Below are positions 55,136 through 64,000 of a DNA stretch of 64,000 nucleotides, in pieces. Both the position numbers and the translations under genes were made by a program. Source of the stretch: the human T2T-CHM13v2.0 reference genome, Homo sapiens; the NCBI RefSeq assembly GCF_009914755.1, contig NC_060932.1; one strand, given 5' to 3'. The stretch's first letter is position 1. Each line of letters begins with the position of its first letter. The notes under the pieces were generated by a model, which was not told the DNA's origin, searched no databases, and saw nothing but the letters and a program-made list of their open reading frames with translations.

Positions 55136-55677
55136 TCTCAAGTGTTAAGTGATTACTCCTGGGGATGGGGAGAGGGGTAGGGGGACTTTTTAAACATTTT
55201 TAAACATGCACTAATTTTAGCTGACTTAAAAATGTTAGACATGACAGCCAGCACACACTCTTGGAAGTTCGTGTCTAGAGACTGCACCTTAACATCTGCT
55301 ATGATAGCACTCATAGCCCATCTTCCCACATGGCTTCTGAAAAACCACTACCATTGTTTCCATTGATGAGACCCAGGAAGAGAGGAAATCGAGGATGGAT
55401 TTTATGGTTACAGTTTGGGGGCCTTTATGTGGTTCCTGGACAACCTTGGCTAGAACACCCCCGGCTTTAGGGGGATGGTAGTGGAGAATTAGTCAAGTAA
55501 AGACATATGAAATCTGGAATTATGCAATTTCTAATTCTTGGGCAGGGTGTTTATCTTGGCTCTTAGACTGCAGAGTTCATAACTCAAGAGTACAGCTACT
55601 GATATATTTTTACAAAGTGATTATCTGATTTTCTTGGTTTCGATGTCTTTCATCAGTTAGGTGTCAATGGCTACCTA

Positions 55678-56302
55678 TGCTCTGGTTACTATGGTTGCAT
55701 AACAATTACCTCCCCCCGCATCCCCATTCCCAAACATAGTGGCATAAAACAGCCATGTATTAGGCTCACACATTCTGTGGGTCAGGAATTTGATCAGGGC
55801 AGAGGAATTCTATGGAGCAGAGACAAGAGGATGGCTGGCTTGACTCTACTCCACAGTGTCTGGGGCCTCAGCTGAAAGCCCTGAAGACTGCAGGCTAGAA
55901 TCTTCTGAAGGTTTGTCCATTCACATGTCTGGTGGTGGATGCTGGCTGTTGGCTGAGGTCATCAGTCCCTCCCCATGTGGCCTCTCCACTTGGACTTGTT
56001 TGGACTTTGTCGCTGCATGTTGGCTGGAAAGCGAGCACTGGGAGGGCTTGGAGGGGGAGGAGAGGTGGAAAGCAATGCAAGCAGTGGATGGAGGCTCTGA
56101 CCTTTTTGGGATCTAGCCTCTGAAGTCACAGAGCATCAGTCACTTCCACCATTCTTCAGTGACTTGAGCAGCCATAGGCTTGTCCCTAGATTCAAGTGGA
56201 GGAAAAACAGATGCCACCTCTCAGTGGGTGGGCACCAGTCACATTATAGGAAGAGCTTGTGGAATGAAATAGTAATCTCCATCTTTGGAAAATGCAATCT
56301 AC
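55678..56302 (-). mobile_element. MLT1F/G-like solo LTR
   Basis: gttgcataacaattacc...ggctcacacattctgtgggtcaggaattt...gtctggggcctcagctg...tagcctctgaagtcacagagcatca...ccatctttggaaaatgcaatct. Confidence 0.82.
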
Positions 56303-57321
56303 CCCTCATAGGATGGTGGCATCAGTGGCAATAATGGCAGCAGCTGCAGAATAAGCCTTAACTGTGCTTCCCACATGTACCAGAGAGACCCCCCACCCCC
56401 TCCATTATAGTTTAGAAAAGACTCCTCACGCTAGTTTCGACAGTTACCTACCCTATATCCCATTCCATACAGCCTTGTTTGGAGCCAGTTAATTGGAGAA
56501 ACTCATCTCTGTTAATGGGTGCTAATGGGTTACTCATCCCATGAGGCCTAACTATAGGTAATGGGGATCTGCCTTCTGGAGACAGGATTACTTATCCTAG
56601 GTGACTTAACAATGGCCCTAGAAGAAGGGAGTGGGTACAAATGGCTCTCTTTTGGTGCCACTCAGCTCACATTGTGTGGGCAGACACCTGGCTCCAAACT
56701 GCAAGCCAGGATCCATATGACAGCTCAATTAATGCAAGATTGCTGGGTGCAGCTATCCACTACAAGATAAGCTTAGATGAGTCATTTATTTCCTGGTTCA
56801 AAAATGTCCCTTTTGACCTGGAAAACTGATGTTAAAAAATTGTGTTTAACTGGTAGAACTAAAATGATTTTTATTCTCTGCTTTTCTCTATTTTCTAATT
56901 TTTTCATGAGTAATATTATCCTTACAATACAAGTAAAATAATTGTTTTTTAAAATTTTTCATCAGGAAGGAAAGCAGGAGAGAGACCTGGGCCCTGACCT
57001 TCCTTCGTCACCATCAGCTTGTGACATCTTCTCAGGCCAGCCCTAGCCAACTCTGTGACTGTTTCCACAGGTGTCGATGTTGGCATCATGTCTAACTTCT
57101 GCTGCTTCCCAAGGTCGCCATGATCATCTCATTAGTGAGCAGATGTAAAGTATTTGTAAAAAGGCATCATACAAAAACAAAGTTCATTGTTATTCATCCT
57201 TTTCCTTCCCAAATACACTAGACTTCTTTAAAACATTAAAGCAAAGTGAGGCCAAGCTGTTTACTTGTTTAACCTAATATGAAGGGCCACTGCAAAGCCT
57301 GAGGCTCAAAGGTAAGATTCA

Positions 57322-57698
<377 letters not shown>

Positions 57699-58489
57699 AT
57701 GTGATATGTGGTTAATGGAAAAATAGCATCAGAGACACCGCATTCATTAACAGAAATGAATTTCGTTTGGCATTTTCTTCTTTGGTCTTCTTGATATCTA
57801 TCTTATAGCTACATGCAGCACCTGTGGGCTGATAAATAATGTAGTCAAAGAATTCTGCAAATCCAGAAAGGTCACTGTTTATACATCATCTGTCTGTCAA
57901 GTAAAATTCTTGGTTCAAAGCAAAAAAGCAAGTTTATTTTGGGAATTGGTAACTTGGAATAACAGCTGCAAAAAGAAATGAGAAATAAAGACCCATCACT
58001 TAATTCTTTTTCTAAATATTCATCTGAAGCCAAATTTCATCAAATTTGATTGGTTTTAAGGAGAAAAATCTTGCCAGATGGAAACATGAAGATTGGAAAA
58101 GCAACAGAACTTGGATTTCAGAACTGTGGGGGATTTATAGAAGCATTTGTTAACAACTGAGGATATGCACAGCCTGGGTGGGTGTCAGCTCAACTGTGTG
58201 ACCTGGTGTCCCCAGCCCAGCCATCCTTGTCTGCACAGCTGAGGAGGTTAATGATGATGGAGAGACTTAGGGGTACTCCCCGCACTCTCTCCTGAGATCC
58301 CAGAGCAATCCTGATTGTGGCCGTAAATATTTATGTAGAACCATCGCTTCTCGCCTCCAAGCTGGGAATGACTTCGCATTGAACTTCAGCCCTGCCTGCC
58401 CCAGATTGACCGTGGCTTCCTGAATCTTACATTGCAGCAGCTCCTTCCTGCCCACTTTCTCCCTGTGCTATCAGGGTGACCTGCAGCAA

Positions 58490-58650
58490 ATGTTCTCACA
58501 CAGAATCCTCAAACAACCTCCAGCACAAGGCAGGTGATACCCTCGTTCTCCCATGGGGAAACTCCAGCCTAGAGGTCAGGGGACTTGACAAAAGCACACA
58601 TGAATGGTAGAGCCAAGCCTGCCTGTCTGCAAATTCCTACTTTTGGTCTC
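58490..58650 (-). mobile_element. Degenerate MIR
   Basis: aatcctcaaacaacct...catggggaaactccagcctagaggtcaggggacttgacaaaagcacaca. Confidence 0.55.
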
Positions 58651-59905
58651 TCTGCTGCCCTTTCAGCCCTGCCCCCAGGCTTCAGTTTGGGAGGCCCCTC
58701 ATCTGCACCTCACCCCCAGTGCCTCTGTCCTCACCTGTGCAGTGCTGGTTTGCAGGTTAACACCTGCAGGCTCCTCTGGGGCACATTACTCTTGCTTGCT
58801 GTGTTCTGTGGCCACCACACTACCTTGGTTCTGGGGCTTGGCCGTTTTGAGGGTAGAATCTCTGAATGTCAGGGAATTCAGTCTTGAAAAATTTCCGCTT
58901 TGCTGGTAAAAGGAACGCCTCCATTCTTTTCTCAGCTCAAGCAAACGTAGATCACTGTCAGGGAACACAGTATCAGCAATTTCCCCTTCTCTTCAGAGCA
59001 TGGGACTGGACTGGAGATCCCATCTTTGGCTTCAATATTAATATCCAGGGAGTTACCACTTCCTTTCTAAACAAGGGATGCTGCCTTTGGAGGATGGTGC
59101 CCTGATCTTGGAAGAGCCAGGTTACCCACGTTTACAGGGACTCTGTCAAATGAAAAGGTGAAGACCTCAGGCACAGAAAAGCTCCTGCTCCAGGCTACAC
59201 TGATCTTTCCTAACCTCCTCAAACACAGCAGTCCTGGAGGGAAGCTAAGCAAAGACAGGCCTGCCTCATAGTTTTTTTCAAACCCATTCGTTTGATTTGG
59301 TTTTGATTAGAGTAGGCTAGTCAACAATGAGCAAAGCCTTTCACAAAAGCCAAAAACATACGGAAATTCCAAATTGGTGTTTAAAATTCAAAATTTGGCC
59401 CAAGAATCTTACTCTACAAGAAAGAAATCTGCATTTGTATATTCTTTCTCAGTTACTCGAGAACAGACTTCCGTATATTCTAATCAAAGGCCTTGGGTCC
59501 CAGAGGCTGTGTTGGTCTGGTTCCTGACAGCCCTTGAATTCCAGCTTCTAATCTTTTGCAGATCTCACTATGTGCAGACTAAACTAGAGATGTCTTCAAA
59601 GGCAGCTCTCTAGACTTGTATGTGCTGGCTGTTTTCTGGGCTCAAGTTCATGCCATGATTGTCTGACCCATCTTCCCTGGAGAGGCAGATTTCTTCCATT
59701 CCAGTCTTTAATCATTATCTGTGTTAGGCTTGACCAACCTTTCTGAAGGACAATTGATTTTAAATAGTAGTCACAGGCTTAAGTATAGTCTACAAAGCAG
59801 ATTTTTATTACACTGTAGTGAAAGGGCACACATAAAAGTGCATGTGAATCACAGAAGGCAGGCGAGAGAAGGGGGTCAGCTCAGGACAGGAAGAGAATAA
59901 ATTTG

Positions 59906-59937
59906 TCCACAAATTACATAATCCACAAATTACATAA
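59906..59937. repeat. Perfect 16-bp tandem duplication
   Basis: tccacaaattacataa x2. Confidence 0.95.
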
Positions 59938-60095
59938 TACATTAGCAAGTAACACATTCGATCCCAAACTCTCAGGGAGAAAAAAGTAATTCGTTTTCAT
60001 GTTCCCTTGTTTTATTTTTTCTTCTTAAATATTGAAAATGAGTTGTGATGAAAAGTCAAATGGCTTTAAACCCATGATCAATATCCATACTTGGA

Positions 60096-60160
60096 GACAA
60101 TATTAAAACAAGCGATTTTAAAACCAGACAATATTAAAACAAGACAATGTTAAAACAAGA
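60096..60160. repeat. 16-bp-unit minisatellite, about 4 copies
   Basis: gacaatattaaaacaa / gcgattttaaaacca / gacaatattaaaacaa / gacaatgttaaaacaa. Confidence 0.85.
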
Positions 60161-60494
60161 ATGACTATTCTCCATTTCATTTCTCCTGTGATACTGTGAC
60201 TGTAACTGCCATTGCTAACTAAAACATTTGGGTTGGCTTTCTCACATTTTAAAGCTCTTCTTATTTCTTTTGTCACCCCAACAACTCTGTGACTCCCATT
60301 TCAATGATCCCTGCTCCAGAGATGAGTAAACTCATTAGTTTATCACTATGCAGAGAGAGGGGTCTGAAATCAGCACTATGTGATGTGGATACTGACTGGG
60401 ATTTGCAGATCGATGCCCCCTACATTTCTATCCTCAGATCCTGTAGAAAATAACTAGCTCACAATGCACATGGCAGTCATCAAATTCTGTTGTG

Positions 60495-60910
60495 GATGCC
60501 TGTTGCTACATAACAAACTACCCCCAAATTTAGAGGACTAACACTACAATCACTTTCTTCTGTCTCAGTTTTATAGATCAGGAATTTAGGGAGGACTTGG
60601 CTGCAGCCTGTGATATAGATAGGGAACATTCAGTGGCTATCAGCTGGCAGCTGGTCTGTCTGGAGGGTCAGGCCACACACACACCTGGTGCCTTGGTAGG
60701 GACAGCTGGAAGGCAATGCTCAGCTGAGCCCTTCTTCTTCTCCCAGGAGAGCCTCTCCATGTTGTCTCTCCAGCAAAGCAGTTGAGCTTCTTTCATGGAG
60801 GGCTCCCAGAGCCCGTGCTCTGAGCAACAGGAAATGAAAGTTTCCTGACTCTTAAAGCCTGGACCTGATCGAAACACTCACAGAACCTGCCTAGATTTAA
60901 GGTGAATGGC
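60495..60910 (-). mobile_element. MLT1G/H-like LTR
   Basis: tgctacataacaaactacccccaaatttag...atcaggaatttagg...ctggtgccttggtagggacagctggaaggc...tcttaaagcctggacct. Confidence 0.78.
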
Positions 60911-61227
60911 AAATTTATATAATGTCTGCACAGCTTCATATAAACAGGGAAGGTCCAAAACTGATACCATTTGATGATGACTACATAGCTATTTGTGAAT
61001 GGAGGCTCACAGTTTTGAGAAAGTTCCATATTCAAGGGAGAAAAGAGCAGCAATGTTATCTCATCTGAGGCCCCAAATTCCTACTTTCCATTGAATGACT
61101 AGCCCTGGATTTCCCAGAGCACAGTGTATGCGACTGTCAACTGTCCACACCCAGGAAGATCTAAAAAGAAGAGACAGTTCTGAGGTGATTTGTGAGGCCT
61201 AGATTTCCAACAGCTCTTTCTTCCCCT

Positions 61228-61745
61228 GTGGTAGGCAGGCTGGTGGTGGAGGCAGGGGGAAGAATGCTACTGTTGCATGACACACTACCCCAAAACTCAG
61301 AGGCTTAGACTTCATTCCCTAAACTTAGGAATATTACCATATTTAGCAAAAGGGGCTTTGCAGATGTGATTAAGTGAAGGATTTTGAGATGGAGAGATAA
61401 CCCTGGATCATTGGGCATACCCAATGTAGTCACAAGGGCCCGTGTAATAGGGAGGCAGGAGAACAGAGTGGGTAGCAGGAGATGAGAGGCGGGGAGCAAG
61501 AGGTCTGAGTGAGAGGAGGAAGAGGCCAGGAGCCAAGGAACATGGGCAGCCTCTAGAAACTGGGAGGCAAAGAACAGAGTCTTCACTGGAGCCTCCAGAA
61601 GGAACTGCTGACACCTTGGTTTTAGCCCCGTGAGACTCACTACAGACTTCTGACTTCCAGAACTGTAAGATTAAAAGTGCGTGTGGCTTGAAGTCACTAA
61701 CTTTTATGGTAATTTGTTACAGCAACAACAGGAAACCAATTTACT
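61228..61745 (+). mobile_element. MLT1C/D-like solo LTR
   Basis: ggctttgcagatgtgattaag...gattttgagatgg...gagcctccagaaggaac...gacttctgacttccagaactgtaaga...taatttgttacagcaacaacaggaaac. Confidence 0.88.
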
Positions 61746-62102
61746 CTCCTAAAACACCGTGAATAAGTTACCTATATAGCATCTCATGGAATTTATATTG
61801 CACAGGGGTTGACCTAATAAAGTGCAACAGAGCCTCTTCCGCCCAGAGATAAACTAGGATTCCGCATCCCACCTCCGGCTAAATCCCCGTGAACACATGG
61901 TTCGATTTTTGTTCATCCTGCCTTTGTAAGTGAACGGCTTCCAGGGAAAAGAGTTAAAAGTAACCAGGAGTTAAAGGCCATCTTCTAATGACTGAGGGAG
62001 CTAGTAACAGTGAATTTTGCTTTTTTTAAACTTCTAAACTTGAAAGAGTGGTTTAACTAGGGAGGTCTCTTTTAAGGACAAGGCCACTAAACCTCGAGTA
62101 GA

Positions 62103-62279
62103 TTTCTTTCTTTGCTTTTCTTAGAGGTGGGGTCTTGCTATGTTGCCCAGGCTGGAGTGCAGTGGCTATTCACAAGCACAATCACAACGCACCGCAGCCT
62201 TGAACTCCTGGCCCAAGTGATCCTCCCACTGCAGCCTTCCAAGTAGCTGGGGCTACAGGCACGCACTACCACTCCCAGT
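62103..62279 (-). mobile_element. FRAM/FAM-type Alu monomer
   Basis: ggagtgcagtggctattcacaagcacaatcac (7SL-like segment retained in FAM-type monomers). Confidence 0.8.
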
Positions 62280-62419
62280 ATGAATGGGTTTCTTAAGAGT
62301 TATCCAGATAATTCAGACTTAACGTCTCATATTAGAGAATAAAACTCAACTAATATCTTTTTTGACAGGGAAATAATGTAAAAATGTTTACATTATTACA
62401 CACTACAATAATAATGTAC

Positions 62420-62620
62420 TAATGTTTATCTACTTTTGTCAAGTACTTTCACAGACCACTCTCCATGAATGTTAAGCATCATGACAAGTAAGCTTGTCTT
62501 CCTTATAAGAGAGACTGGGAAGTGGAGACTCAGAAAAATTCAGCAACTCAGGGAACTCCCATACTAAGTTGTGAAGGGACTGATCTTGGATTTGAGTCTA
62601 AGCCTGAGTTCCAAGTGCCT
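62420..62620 (-). mobile_element. Degenerate MIR
   Basis: aagtactttcaca...ggaagtggagactcagaaaa...ggatttgagtctaagcctgagttccaag. Confidence 0.5.
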
Positions 62621-62746
62621 CCCCTTAAACCTCTCAGGTCAAGACCAAAGGCAAATGTTCCTACCAAGCTCCCTGCTCCTCACCCAGCAAGAAGGGTTTA
62701 GATAACTGAAGAGGGTTAAATCAAAAATCAGTAAGACATTTGCCTA

Positions 62747-63395
<649 letters not shown>

Positions 63396-63400
63396 AAGAA

Positions 63401-63674
63401 GTGCCGGGCATGGTGGCTCACTCCTGTAATCTCAGCACTTTGGGAGGCTGAGGCAGGCGGATCACCTGAGGTCGGGAGTTGGAGACCAACCTGACCAACA
63501 TGGAGAAACCCCGCCTCTACTAAAAATACAAAAATTAGCTGGGCGTGGTGGCGCATGCTTGTAATCCCAGCTACTTGGAAGGCTGAGGCAGGAGAATCAC
63601 TTGAACCTGGGAGGTGGAGGTTGTGGTGAGCCGAGATTGCCCTCTAGCCTGGGCTACGAGAGTGAAACTCCATC

Positions 63675-63702
<28 letters not shown>
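63401..63702 (+). mobile_element. AluSp
   Basis: Sp diagnostics gaggtcgggag and ctgaccaacatggagaaa; long A tail. Confidence 0.95.
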
Positions 63703-63705
<3 letters not shown>

Positions 63706-64000
63706 AGAGAGAGAACTGTGACCTCGGGTACCAGGACAAATACCAAGGAGATCTCACTAGAGAGGGTTCTCTCTCCTTAGCATGTCTGTCCTTGGTCTAG
63801 ATCCTCAGACTGGCCTCCGTGAGCATTTCTGAGTCTGAGAGCAAACTGCCTGCAAGCACTGCCTGAGGAGGACGATGTGACCAGCTGCCCTGGTGAGCAT
63901 TTCAGATGAGGAAAGACCATTTCCAGCTTGCTTGAAAGAGAAACAAGGAAATGCTCAGGGGACAGCCAAGCTGCATCTATCACCACCTCTCATTCTGGCA

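Noticed and set aside
57775-57880. Possible exon (pyrimidine tract...tatag to gaaag|gtcact)
   Set aside because: Weak donor, no convincing reading frame, no supporting neighbouring exon.
59906-60160. CRISPR-like repeat array
   Set aside because: Head-to-tail tandem units without unique spacers, eukaryotic context, no cas genes.

Overview
This is catarrhine primate (human-like) non-coding genomic DNA. I can support no protein-coding gene, RNA gene, CpG island or CRISPR array. The window is a mosaic of transposable elements: about 23 Alus or Alu monomers, about 28 LTR-derived elements (MaLR MLT1/MST/THE1, MLT2, LTR16/33, MER21/77-like, MER39B-like, LTR17), L1, L2, MIR and hAT DNA transposons (Charlie1, MER5A, MER3, MER81, MER102-like). 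All listed ORFs are short, and most lie inside repeats. The most notable items are: (1) a 5'-truncated, poly(A)-tailed HERV-W LTR17 U3-R copy, i.e. an L1-retroposed ERV RNA (37038-37354); (2) a spacer-less tail-to-tail inverted Alu fusion joined at a microhomology (15059-15537); (3) two multi-level LTR nests (9.0-11.0 kb and 17.6-19.5 kb); (4) a few candidate regulatory spots (CpG-enriched RFX site, ETS/AP-1 cluster, duplicated D-box, G-quadruplex motifs). I found no evidence of a new multi-gene biological system. Family and subfamily names come from my recall of consensus sequences, not from a database search. Boundaries of old repeats are approximate (+/- tens of bp).
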